This document shows, piece after piece, positions 25,194-34,140 of a DNA stretch of 53,748 bases. The DNA is from an uncultured Gammaproteobacteria bacterium (GTDB lineage Bacteria > Pseudomonadota > Gammaproteobacteria > SZUA-229), in NCBI GenBank assembly GCA_963792545.1, contig CAWBXM010000130.1, positions 1 to 53,748 on the forward strand, in the 5' to 3' direction. A program made the position numbers and the translations under genes. The notes below the pieces were generated by a model, which was not told the DNA's origin, did no database searches, and saw only the letters and a program-made list of their open reading frames with translations. Position 1 is the stretch's first letter; every line of letters begins with the position of its first letter.

Positions 25194-27137
25194 ATGAGCA
25201 CAGAGTCAAACGGTGACGTTATAGTCACGTTCAGTGATTTAGGATTAAATAAATCGCTTCTTAAAATATTAGGGGAAGTCGGTTATGAATCGCCTTCGCC
25301 TATCCAGGCGCAGGCCATTCCATTGCTATTAGAAGGCAGGGATATTATCGGTCAGGCACAGACAGGCACAGGTAAAACTGCGGCTTTCGCATTACCGCTG
25401 ATTTCAAAGATGGACCTAAAGCAGCAAGATCCGCAGCTACTGGTGCTTGCACCGACGCGCGAACTGGCTATCCAGGTCGCAGAAGCTTTCCAGAAATACG
25501 CCACTTACATGAAAAACTTCCACGTATTGCCCGTTTATGGTGGTGCAGATTATAGCGGGCAGATACGTTCATTAAAACGTGGTGTACATGTTGTGGTTGG
25601 TACGCCGGGCCGAGTGATGGATCATATACGCAAAGGTACGTTAAAGCTTGGAAACCTGGGCGCATTGGTGCTGGATGAAGCCGATGAAATGCTTCGCATG
25701 GGTTTTATCGATGATGTTGAGTGGATACTTGAACAGACCCCTGAAGACAGACAGATTGCATTGTTTTCGGCAACCATGCCGCAACAGATTCGCCGCATAG
25801 CCACAAAATATCTGAATGATCCAGAACAGATAACGATCAAGACAAAGACCACGACCGTTAATACGATTCGCCAGCGTTTCTGGCCGGTCAGTGGCGTGCA
25901 TAAGCTGGATGCGTTAACCCGTATCCTTGAAGCAGAAGATTTTGATGGCATGATTATTTTCGTGCGCACAAAAAATTCAACGGTTGAGCTGGCCGACAAG
26001 CTTAAAGCACGTGGTTATGCGGCCGCGCCTCTCAGTGGTGACATCGCGCAGAATCAGCGTGAGCGTACGGTCAATGGCTTAAAAAAAGGGCAGATTGATA
26101 TTGTTGTTGCCACTGACGTTGCCGCTCGTGGTCTGGATGTCGATCGAATCTCACACGTGGTGAACTACGATGTTCCTCATGACACAGAGTCATATGTGCA
26201 TCGTATCGGCCGTACCGGCCGTGCTGGTCGTCTGGGTGATGCTATCTTGTTCGTCGCGCCGCGTGAAAAACGTATGCTCAATGACATCGAAAGGGCGACC
26301 CGACAAAAGATTGAAATGATGGAGTTGCCGTCTACCGAAATAATCAATGATAAACGCATCGATAAATTTAAACAGCGTATCACTGACACTCTAGCGAAAG
26401 AGAATGGTGCTGTTTTCACGCAACTGGTCGAACAGTATCAGCAGGAACATGATATTCCTGCAATCGAAATTGCTGCCGCGCTTGCACAGTTGTTACAGGG
26501 TGATAATGACTTCTTATTAAGTAATAAACCACAGCGTAAACAACAGAATCGTGACGACTGGGACAAGGGTGGCAATCGTGACAGTGGTCGTGATAGAGGT
26601 CGGGGAAGAGATCGGGGTGATAGAAATAATGAAGACCGTCCTCGTCGTGATAGAGCAGAGCGTAGTGAGCGTTCACCAAGAAGAGAGTCAGCATCAAAGG
26701 CTATGCCGCTAGACGAAGGTATGGATCGATATCGTATTGAAGTGGGGCATGATCACGAAGTCAAACCCGGTAATATTGTTGGTGCCATTGCAAATGAGGC
26801 AAATATAGAGAGTAAATACATCGGTCGTATCTGTATTTATGATGCCCATAGTACCGTTGACTTACCTCAAAACATGCCAAAAGAAATGCTTTATACCCTG
26901 AAAAAAGTTTGGGTATCGGGTCAGCAACTTAAGATTTCGCTCGATACAAAAGAAAGTCAGGCAGCAGAAAAAATACCGGGACGCACAGCTGTCGATAAGT
27001 CATCAAGTAAGCAAAGTACAGAGAGTCATCCGCCCAAAGCGAAGACATACTCCAACGATGCGCGTAAAGGAAAAGCCGGTGGCAAGGATGGCGAAAAAAG
27101 AAAATTAAGCCTTAAGAAAAAAGTGCGTAAGCACTAG
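25194..27137 (+). CDS. deaD: DEAD-box ATP-dependent RNA helicase DeaD/CsdA
   Basis: Q motif, AQTGTGKT, DEAD, SAT and HRIGRTGRAG. Arg/Asp-rich linker and a DbpA-type C-terminal domain. 647 aa. Confidence 0.9.
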   Translation: MSTESNGDVIVTFSDLGLNKSLLKILGEVGYESPSPIQAQAIPLLLEGRDIIGQAQTGTGKTAAFALPLISKMDLKQQDPQLLVLAPTRELAIQVAEAFQKYATYMKNFHVLPVYGGADYSGQIRSLKRGVHVVVGTPGRVMDHIRKGTLKLGNLGALVLDEADEMLRMGFIDDVEWILEQTPEDRQIALFSATMPQQIRRIATKYLNDPEQITIKTKTTTVNTIRQRFWPVSGVHKLDALTRILEAEDFDGMIIFVRTKNSTVELADKLKARGYAAAPLSGDIAQNQRERTVNGLKKGQIDIVVATDVAARGLDVDRISHVVNYDVPHDTESYVHRIGRTGRAGRLGDAILFVAPREKRMLNDIERATRQKIEMMELPSTEIINDKRIDKFKQRITDTLAKENGAVFTQLVEQYQQEHDIPAIEIAAALAQLLQGDNDFLLSNKPQRKQQNRDDWDKGGNRDSGRDRGRGRDRGDRNNEDRPRRDRAERSERSPRRESASKAMPLDEGMDRYRIEVGHDHEVKPGNIVGAIANEANIESKYIGRICIYDAHSTVDLPQNMPKEMLYTLKKVWVSGQQLKISLDTKESQAAEKIPGRTAVDKSSSKQSTESHPPKAKTYSNDARKGKAGGKDGEKRKLSLKKKVRKH

Positions 27138-28573
27138 ACTAGTGAAAGTGAGCGTATCACCATCATTTTCTCTATCTGCATATCTCTGATGGTGTGTGGG
27201 ATACCGCCAACGCCGTGACCGGAATGTTTTAGCCCTGCGAATGGCATCCAGTCTACGCGAAACGCGGTATGGTCGTTGATCATGACGGCTGATGCATCGA
27301 GTTGCCTGAATGCGTACATGCAGGTGTCGATGTTTTTGGCAAACACCGAGGCCTGAAATGCTACATCCAGACTATTGGCGCGGCCGATGGCTTCGTCGAT
27401 ATCGGTGTAGCTATAGACACAGATGACGGGGCCGAAAATTTCATTCTTCGAAATAATGGCGTCCTCAGGCGGATTGAATAAAACGGTTGCCTGATAGCAG
27501 CTGTCTGATATTTTTTGGCCACCCGTAATGCATTGTGCGCCTTTATTGATGGCGTCTTGCACCCACTCGTCGACACGTTCGGTTTCTGCATGGCGAATGA
27601 GTGGACCTATATCGGTGTCGTGTTTTGTCGGGTCACCAATTTTCATCTTATCGCCGGCTGCGGCAATGCGTTCAGCTAATTGCCTGGCGATGGACTCGTG
27701 TGCGTATACGCGCTGTACGGAAACACAGACTTGCCCCGCATGATAGAAACCCGCTTTAGCCAGTAGCGGTACAGTGTCATCCATGTCGTTATCTTCGGCG
27801 ACGATCACCGGGGCAACGCCGCCATGCTCCAGTGCACAGCGGGTACCGGCAGCAAGTTTGGAACGTAACATCCAGCCTACTCGTGCGCTGCCTATAAAAC
27901 TGAAAAAGCCAACTCTATTATCGGTAACCAGTTTTTCTGCTGCAACATGATCGGTGGTAACGATGCCCTGGCACCAGGTTTCTGGCATGCCGGCTTCGTG
28001 CAAAATATTAATTAATCTGAAGCAGGAAAGTGGTGTGTCTTCAGCTGGTTTGATTATAACAGGACAGCCGGCTGCAATAGCCGGTCCTATCTGGTGAACC
28101 GCTAGATTTAGTGGATGATTGAAAGCGCTGACGGCGACAACAACACCGATGGGTTCATGCGTGGTGAATGCAAGCCGGTTCATCGAGGCAGCATTGATTG
28201 CCATAGGAATTTCTTTTCCGTGAGAGCTGCGTATTACATCAACGCAGTTTTTCATGCCGTCAATGGCGCGGGCTACTTCAACTCTGGAATCGGCTAGTGG
28301 CTTGCCACCTTCACGTGCGGCTTCCAGTGCCAGTTCCTCGAAACGCGATTGCATGATATCAGCAGCTTTTGTCAGTATGCCGGCGCGCTGTTCGGCTGTG
28401 AGCCAGTTTTTTTTATCGATAAATAATTTGTCTGCAGTGTTCAGGGCAATTTCAACAGCTGTGGCATCGCCGGTTTCTATCGTTGCTATGTGTGCACCGT
28501 CGAAAGGAGCGGTGACGTTTATCGTGCTGGCTGCGGTGGCGCGTGGGACGAGTAATTTGAAATGATCAGTCAT
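27134..28573 (-). CDS. NAD(P)-dependent aldehyde dehydrogenase family protein
   Basis: LEHGG and FYHAGQVCVS (catalytic Cys) motifs, with EIFGPV near the C-terminus. Start taken at ATG 28573; the ORF track TTG at 28597 is possible. Confidence 0.8.
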   Translation of the reverse strand: MTDHFKLLVPRATAASTINVTAPFDGAHIATIETGDATAVEIALNTADKLFIDKKNWLTAEQRAGILTKAADIMQSRFEELALEAAREGGKPLADSRVEVARAIDGMKNCVDVIRSSHGKEIPMAINAASMNRLAFTTHEPIGVVVAVSAFNHPLNLAVHQIGPAIAAGCPVIIKPAEDTPLSCFRLINILHEAGMPETWCQGIVTTDHVAAEKLVTDNRVGFFSFIGSARVGWMLRSKLAAGTRCALEHGGVAPVIVAEDNDMDDTVPLLAKAGFYHAGQVCVSVQRVYAHESIARQLAERIAAAGDKMKIGDPTKHDTDIGPLIRHAETERVDEWVQDAINKGAQCITGGQKISDSCYQATVLFNPPEDAIISKNEIFGPVICVYSYTDIDEAIGRANSLDVAFQASVFAKNIDTCMYAFRQLDASAVMINDHTAFRVDWMPFAGLKHSGHGVGGIPHTIRDMQIEKMMVIRSLSLV

Positions 28574-28846
28574 GTTTATTCTCTTTGTTGCTATCAATAA
28601 CGAAAAGCAGAAGGGATTTTAACCGCAAATGAAGACAAAAAATGCGAATAAATAATGTGAATTTAAGAGGGTGTTGCTTCATATTAGTTCAGTTAATGTA
28701 TTGATTGCAGGCACATTGCGATGTTTCTTGCTGAGTGTATATTTGACTTATGCAGTGGCATTTTCTTAATTACTGTCAGTGAGTAGATGTATGTAATTAT
28801 GGTATGATGGCAACAATAGTTCAGCAATTATCTGGAAGGTATACAC

Positions 28847-29362
28847 ATGCGCGCAAAATTGATTACTCTTACTGCTATCATCTTTATTTTAGCAACATTC
28901 CGATTGTTACCGCATTGGCCTAATGTTTCTCCGGTTGCAGCTATGGCATTGTTTGGTGGCGCATGGTTTTCTGATAAACGGGTGGCATTCATCATACCTT
29001 TTGTTGCGCTATTTCTCAGTGACCTTGTTTTGGGTCTGCATAACTCGATGATTTTCGTCTATGCTGGTTTTGCCTTAACGGTGGTTATCGGTTTTCAATT
29101 ACAAAAAAGAATGACCATAACTAACACTGCCTTTGCGGTTGTTGTGTCCTCTGTCGTGTTCTTTTTATTGACCAACTTTGGCGCATGGATGACATCCGGT
29201 CTGTATGCAAAATCGATGGCGGGTTTGATGGAATCTTATGTTGCAGGTATCCCTTTCTTTCAGAACTCATTACTAGGTAACCTGGTATATGCGGCTGTTA
29301 TTTTCGGCGGTTACCAGTTGCTGCAAAAATACATTACTGCGTTGAAAACGCCTGCTGTTTAA
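28847..29362 (+). CDS. DUF6580-like membrane protein (putative transporter component)
   Basis: 171 aa with about 5 TM helices. The N-terminus RLLPHWPNVSPVAAMALFGGAWF resembles DUF6580 proteins. Confidence 0.55.
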   Translation: MRAKLITLTAIIFILATFRLLPHWPNVSPVAAMALFGGAWFSDKRVAFIIPFVALFLSDLVLGLHNSMIFVYAGFALTVVIGFQLQKRMTITNTAFAVVVSSVVFFLLTNFGAWMTSGLYAKSMAGLMESYVAGIPFFQNSLLGNLVYAAVIFGGYQLLQKYITALKTPAV

Positions 29363-29450
29363 CTATCGAAATCTAGCCACGAATTTTCCTGAAAAAAATT
29401 AAAGTGGATGGTGATAGCAGAAGTCTGTTGTCAATCCTATATAGTCGTTG

Positions 29451-29760
29451 GAAAAGCTTAAAAGATTTTTCCACAGATGAACGCAGATTAACGCAGATAA
29501 AAACTTTTATTAGTTAATGAAGTCATCACTGAACGACTGTGATCCCTATATGGACATAGGTTATTACGGTTGCATGGATGGAACCGGTAGAGTCGAGTCT
29601 GGAGCGAAGACCGAGGACAACATTTATGTCCATGGATGGACGGTAATAGGAAATTGCCGAAGGATGTTACGCCTTGTAGCATCTGTAAACGTTAAGATCT
29701 TTCACTGTCGTTCAAGATGACACAATATGATACTTTGTTTGTATCTGCGTTAATCTGTGG
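29451..29760. repeat. Composite hairpin element (MITE-like): leader + 3-unit left arm + about 240-bp insert + 2-unit right arm
   Basis: Leader gaaaagcttaaaagattttt. Left arm ccacagatgaacgcagattaacgcagata (29471-29499). Right arm tatctgcgttaatctgtgg (29742-29760). The insert carries motifs shared with 37621-37662, 50191-50212 and the 52-bp array unit. Confidence 0.8.
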
Positions 29761-29790
29761 ACACTTGTTTTTGGCTCTTCAGGAAAATAT

Positions 29791-30564
29791 TTAAGGTTTT
29801 AGACCTATACCCAGCCGTAACAATCTCAGTGCAAAATAAGATAGCACTACGATGAAGCCGATAATGATAATAAAAGCCGTTGATATTTCAATGTCACTTA
29901 CGCCCAGTATGCCGTAATGAAAAGCGTTGATCATATACAGGATAGGGTTGACCAACGAGACATCCTGCCAGAATTCGGGCAACATTTTAATGGAGTAGAA
30001 AACACCCCCGAGGTAGATCAACGGTGTTAAAACAAACGTTGGAATGATGGTTATATCATCGAAACTTTTTGCATAAGCGGCGTTGATGAAACCGGCCAGG
30101 GCAAATAGTATCGAGGTCAGGATGAAGACCGAAAATGTTACCGTGTAACTGTGTATATGCAGGTCAGAAAAAAACAGTGAAACTATGGTGGCGACGATAC
30201 CAACGATAATGCCGCGGGCGAGTCCGCCAGAAACAAATCCCAGTAAAATAATATAATTTGGTAACGGCGATACCAGCATCTCCTCGATACTGTGATGGAA
30301 TTTGGCGCTGAAAAAAGACGATACGACATTACTGTAAGCATTGGTGATGACCGCCATTAAAATCAGCCCGGGTACAATATAATCCATGTAACGAAAACCA
30401 TTGATATCATCAATCTGTGAACCGATGATGTGCCCAAAAATAATAAAATACAGGGCGATGGTGATGGCTGGCGGTAGTATCGTTTGTATCCATATTCGGA
30501 TGAAGCGCAAGTATTCCTTGGTAGCGATAGTCTTGAGCGCAACCATCTGTTGTGAAAAATTCAT
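29791..30564 (-). CDS. yadH: ABC-2 type exporter permease YadH
   Basis: Colinear with E. coli YadH (RFIRIWIQTILPP...FIIFG...VPGLILM...TNAY...FFSAKF...). Confidence 0.85.
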   Translation of the reverse strand: MNFSQQMVALKTIATKEYLRFIRIWIQTILPPAITIALYFIIFGHIIGSQIDDINGFRYMDYIVPGLILMAVITNAYSNVVSSFFSAKFHHSIEEMLVSPLPNYIILLGFVSGGLARGIIVGIVATIVSLFFSDLHIHSYTVTFSVFILTSILFALAGFINAAYAKSFDDITIIPTFVLTPLIYLGGVFYSIKMLPEFWQDVSLVNPILYMINAFHYGILGVSDIEISTAFIIIIGFIVVLSYFALRLLRLGIGLKP

Positions 30565-31530
30565 TTAACTATCCGTCTCACTAATGTTTGCTTTGCTACC
30601 ATTTTTATTATTGAGCATCGAGATAAAAAGCTGTTCCAGGCGGTTGGTTTTATTTTTCATACTGACGACATGGATGTTGCATTCTTTCAAAACATGAAAT
30701 ACGTCACTGATATTTTGTTGCTTATTGATATCGACTTCCAGTGTGGATCTGTCCAGCATCCTTACTGCATAGTCACCGCAGTCAGGCGGTGTTTCTAGTT
30801 CATTTTCCAGATACAGGATAAAAGTCTCTACATGTAAACGAGACAGCAGATTGCGCATCTGAGTTTGTTCGATGGTGACACCGTTATCTATGATGGCGAT
30901 GTTGTTACATAGACTTTCAGCTTCTTCCAGATAATGCGTGGTCAGGATAATAGTAGTGCCTTCACTGTTTACCTTTTTTAAAAAAGTCCACATGGAGTGG
31001 CGGATCTCAATATCAACGCCGGCTGTGGGTTCATCAAGAATAAGTAATTTAGGTCTATGCATCAAAGCACGTGCGATCATCAAGCGGCGTTTCATGCCAC
31101 CTGATAACTCCTTGGCCATATCAAAGCGCTTCTCCCAGAGGTCGAGTTGTTTGAGGTAAGTCTCGGCACGTGATGTCGCCTCAGAGCGACTGATGCCGTA
31201 ATAACCGGCCTGGTTGATAAGGATCTCACCGACCGGCTCAAAAATATTGAAGTTAAATTCCTGTGGCACCAGGCCAATGTGCATACGAACGTCAGCTGAG
31301 TGGCTGTCAAGGTTTACACCGAACACCTCAACCTGACCGGAAGATTTGTTAATCAGTGAGGAAATAATACCAATAACGGTGGATTTCCCGGCTCCATTGG
31401 GGCCAAGTAAAGCAAAAAAGTCACCTTCATCTACAATAAGATCAACACCTTTGAGCGCATCCACACCATTACTGTAAGTTTTTTTTAGGTTTTTAATATT
31501 TAGTGCATTCAATTTGCAGTTAGCCAACAA
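30565..31530 (-). CDS. yadG: ABC transporter ATP-binding protein YadG
   Basis: Walker A GPNGAGKST, signature LSGGMKRRL and Walker B LLILDEPTAGVD. Colinear with E. coli YadG. TTG start. Confidence 0.85.
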   Translation of the reverse strand: MLANCKLNALNIKNLKKTYSNGVDALKGVDLIVDEGDFFALLGPNGAGKSTVIGIISSLINKSSGQVEVFGVNLDSHSADVRMHIGLVPQEFNFNIFEPVGEILINQAGYYGISRSEATSRAETYLKQLDLWEKRFDMAKELSGGMKRRLMIARALMHRPKLLILDEPTAGVDIEIRHSMWTFLKKVNSEGTTIILTTHYLEEAESLCNNIAIIDNGVTIEQTQMRNLLSRLHVETFILYLENELETPPDCGDYAVRMLDRSTLEVDINKQQNISDVFHVLKECNIHVVSMKNKTNRLEQLFISMLNNKNGSKANISETDS

Positions 31531-31670
31531 GGTTATTTGAGTTGTTTTTAAGTGTGTGATGATGTTACAGTATTCGCATTAGTAATACGACCGTCTAAAA
31601 ACTATATACGGATTTTTCTTCTGTGTTTCAAAGTTCCGGCGAGCGGTCATTAATCTATAGGCAGTATCAT

Positions 31671-32258
31671 ATGAACACAAAAGCCATGGGCACCAAGGGC
31701 GAGGGCAATCGTCAACGTATTATCGATGCGGCAGATGACCTGTTTTATCGACGCGGTTATAACCAGACCTCGTTTCAGGATATCTCTGATGCTACAGGTA
31801 TTCCTCGTGGTAATTTTTATTATTATTTTAAGACTAAAGATGAGATTTTAAATGCGGTAGTCAGCTCCCGTATTGCCGATTTGACCAGGATGTTAAATCA
31901 GTGCGAGGCTGAATCCGAAGATACTAGAGAGCGCTTATTAGCGTTCAGCAACATGCTGGAGTATAACTCTGATGATGTTATTCAGTCAGGCTGTCCGTTT
32001 GGTACTTTAAGTTCAGAGCTGGCTAAAGACGATGCTGAATTACACGAGGTTGCGCGTCAGGCATTTATCCTGCTACGAAACTGGATCAGGCAGCAATTTA
32101 TGACACTGGGTCTTAGCAACGCGGATGAGCTTGCCATGGACCTGTTGGCCAGGTTGCAGGGGGTTACCGTGATGGCGTGTGCGTTTAACGATGCGGAATT
32201 TATCAGACGTAGTCATCAGGAAATCAAAGACTGGATCAATGCTAAAACATTGAATTAG
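31671..32258 (+). CDS. TetR/AcrR-family transcriptional regulator
   Basis: The N-terminal HTH RQRIIDAADDLFYRRGYNQTSFQDISDATGIPRGNFYYYFKTKDEIL. Divergent from yadGH. Start taken at ATG 31671 rather than GTG 31623. Confidence 0.8.
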   Translation: MNTKAMGTKGEGNRQRIIDAADDLFYRRGYNQTSFQDISDATGIPRGNFYYYFKTKDEILNAVVSSRIADLTRMLNQCEAESEDTRERLLAFSNMLEYNSDDVIQSGCPFGTLSSELAKDDAELHEVARQAFILLRNWIRQQFMTLGLSNADELAMDLLARLQGVTVMACAFNDAEFIRRSHQEIKDWINAKTLN

Positions 32259-32286
32259 ATTCAATTTTAAGGTGTGTATTGTGGAT

Positions 32287-32721
32287 ATGTCCATCAAAGA
32301 AGCTTATATAGCAGCGTTTAAAGGAAACTTTACGTCTACCATGCGTTGGGCAGATCTGGATGAGTTCTGGCAGGTATTAAAAGCACAGGCTGATGATGAA
32401 TGGTATATCTATGCCGTGGGTGACATACCGCCAGAAACTACTTCTGCTAAGACACATCTGTTGAACTTTATAGATAAAATAGATGAGTTGCTGCATAAGG
32501 AGCATGATGAAGATTATTGCGGTATCGTTTATGTGGATAATAAAGAAGCGCCTGAATTTATTAAAATCTTTGACCCAAATAATTTAGGCGTAACCTGTGG
32601 TTTTAGTGATAATCCACCCCTGCCTGGCTGGATACTGTCCCGAGTTCAGCCGATCGAGTTAGAATCTGCGCTCAACCCGCCGAAAAATCGTCAACATTGG
32701 TGGCAGCAAATATTCAAATAA
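32287..32721 (+). CDS. Hypothetical protein
   Basis: 144-aa ORF from ATG 32287 (GTG 32272 is also possible). Coding-like composition, no recognisable motif. Confidence 0.5.
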   Translation: MSIKEAYIAAFKGNFTSTMRWADLDEFWQVLKAQADDEWYIYAVGDIPPETTSAKTHLLNFIDKIDELLHKEHDEDYCGIVYVDNKEAPEFIKIFDPNNLGVTCGFSDNPPLPGWILSRVQPIELESALNPPKNRQHWWQQIFK

Positions 32722-32794
32722 AATTTTCCTGATTTATTGAAAACCTCATATACTCTATTAGTATTGTTAGTTAGATTAAATTTAAAGGTGAGCT

Positions 32795-33001
32795 ATGGAT
32801 AAGATGGACACATCAATGAAAGCGTTTTTTCTTTTTGTTGGCCTGGTATTGTGGGCTGGCATCTGGTTGACGGGCTTTAAACACGCACACTGGATCTTAT
32901 ATTTGCCCGCGACTTTTTTCCTTATCTCTGCGGTAACAGGCATTTGTCCCGGCATGCTGTTTTTCAGAGAAGTTTTCCGTGAAAAACAACCCGAACGTTG
33001 A
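32795..33001 (+). CDS. DUF2892 (YgaP-like) small membrane protein
   Basis: 68 aa with two TM helices and the TGICPG motif. Confidence 0.6.
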   Translation: MDKMDTSMKAFFLFVGLVLWAGIWLTGFKHAHWILYLPATFFLISAVTGICPGMLFFREVFREKQPER

Positions 33002-33069
33002 ATGCGAGTTAGTCTGACTTGCTGATACACTAAATCATCAGGCATTAATCTCAAGATCCAAAACAATAT

Positions 33070-33200
33070 CAAAAACCTTTCACCACAGAGGACACAGAGT
33101 TTTACTTTGTTAACTGCGCCTGCGGCGCGCTGTTAACAATAGAAAGTTTTTCTCTGTGTCCTCTGTGCCTCTGTGGTGAATCGCTTTTAAAGCTTCTGAC
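33070..33200. repeat. Nested-hairpin repeat, CACAGAG family, copy C (inverted relative to copy A)
   Basis: Left arm 33079-33099 (2 units), right arm 33152-33180 (3 units). The inner loop is nearly identical to the reverse complement of the copy A loop. The long leader is on the right side (33181-33200). Confidence 0.85.
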
Positions 33201-33252
33201 TGTACGAAAAGTCTGGGTCGAAAATAGATTTTACAAGGTCAAATGCACTTGA

Positions 33253-33873
33253 TTACAGTGCTGGGACTCCAGTACCCCCCAGGCCACAATAACCCCCCGG
33301 ATTTTTTGCCAGGTATTGCTGGTGATAATCTTCCGCATAATAAAATTCAGCAGCGTCTAAGATTTCAGTGGTGATTTCACCGTAACCGGCCTGAGTCAGC
33401 TTCTGCTGGAAACTGGTGCGACTGATTTCAGCCGCTTTGCGTTGTTCTTCATCGAAGACATAGATGCCTGAGCGGTATTGCGTACCTTTATCATTGCCCT
33501 GGCGCATGCCCTGTGTTGGGTTGTGTGATTGCCAGAATATTTTTAATAATTGCTCAAAGCTGATTTTTTCGGGATCATAAACCACCAGAACAACTTCGTT
33601 GTGTCCGGTCAATCCACTACAGACTTCCTGATATGTCGGGTTAGGTGTGGAACCTGCTGTATAACCAACGGCGGTAGTATAAACCCCGTCGAGCGTCCAG
33701 AACTTTCGTTCAGCCCCCCAGAAACAGCCCATGCCGAAAATAACCTGTTGCAGACCATCGCAGAAAGGGGCTTTTAATACGTTACCATTAACAAAATGTT
33801 TATCGGGCACTGGCATTCTGGATTCGCGTCCGGGCAGTGCTTGTTCCTGGTCGGGCAGTGTGTCTAGTCCCAT
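33253..33873 (-). CDS. msrA: Peptide-methionine (S)-S-oxide reductase MsrA
   Basis: GMGCFWGAE active site and the downstream GYCG motif. 206 aa. Confidence 0.9.
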   Translation of the reverse strand: MGLDTLPDQEQALPGRESRMPVPDKHFVNGNVLKAPFCDGLQQVIFGMGCFWGAERKFWTLDGVYTTAVGYTAGSTPNPTYQEVCSGLTGHNEVVLVVYDPEKISFEQLLKIFWQSHNPTQGMRQGNDKGTQYRSGIYVFDEEQRKAAEISRTSFQQKLTQAGYGEITTEILDAAEFYYAEDYHQQYLAKNPGGYCGLGGTGVPAL

Positions 33874-34140
33874 TTTTTCCTCTGATAGCTGATCGCCATA
33901 TGATTATGTTTGTTCTCTAGTTTAATTTAATAAAGATTTTTATTTAAGCAGTAGATGAGTGGTTATTGTGTTTCGGGGTTAATCTAAATTAGAAAAATTT
34001 AATATATGGTCTACTGACCACGGTTTGTTCAGGCGTTAAAGAATTAATCAGATAATCAGGTTTTATGTTCAAAAAATTACTGTTGCAGGGTAGTATGTCT
34101 GCCTGTATCCGGTAAATATTTTTGAGTCAGGGGAGTTCTT

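Noticed and set aside
29488-29720. ORFs 29517..29720 (+) and 29488..29682 (-) inside the composite repeat.
   Set aside because: They lie entirely within repeated non-coding motifs, have Cys/Gly/Arg-rich odd composition and lack an SD.
32782-33072. Minus-strand 96-aa ORF opposite the DUF2892 gene.
   Set aside because: The + strand ORF has the DUF2892 two-TM/CP motif and a proper start. The minus ORF runs into the repeat element.
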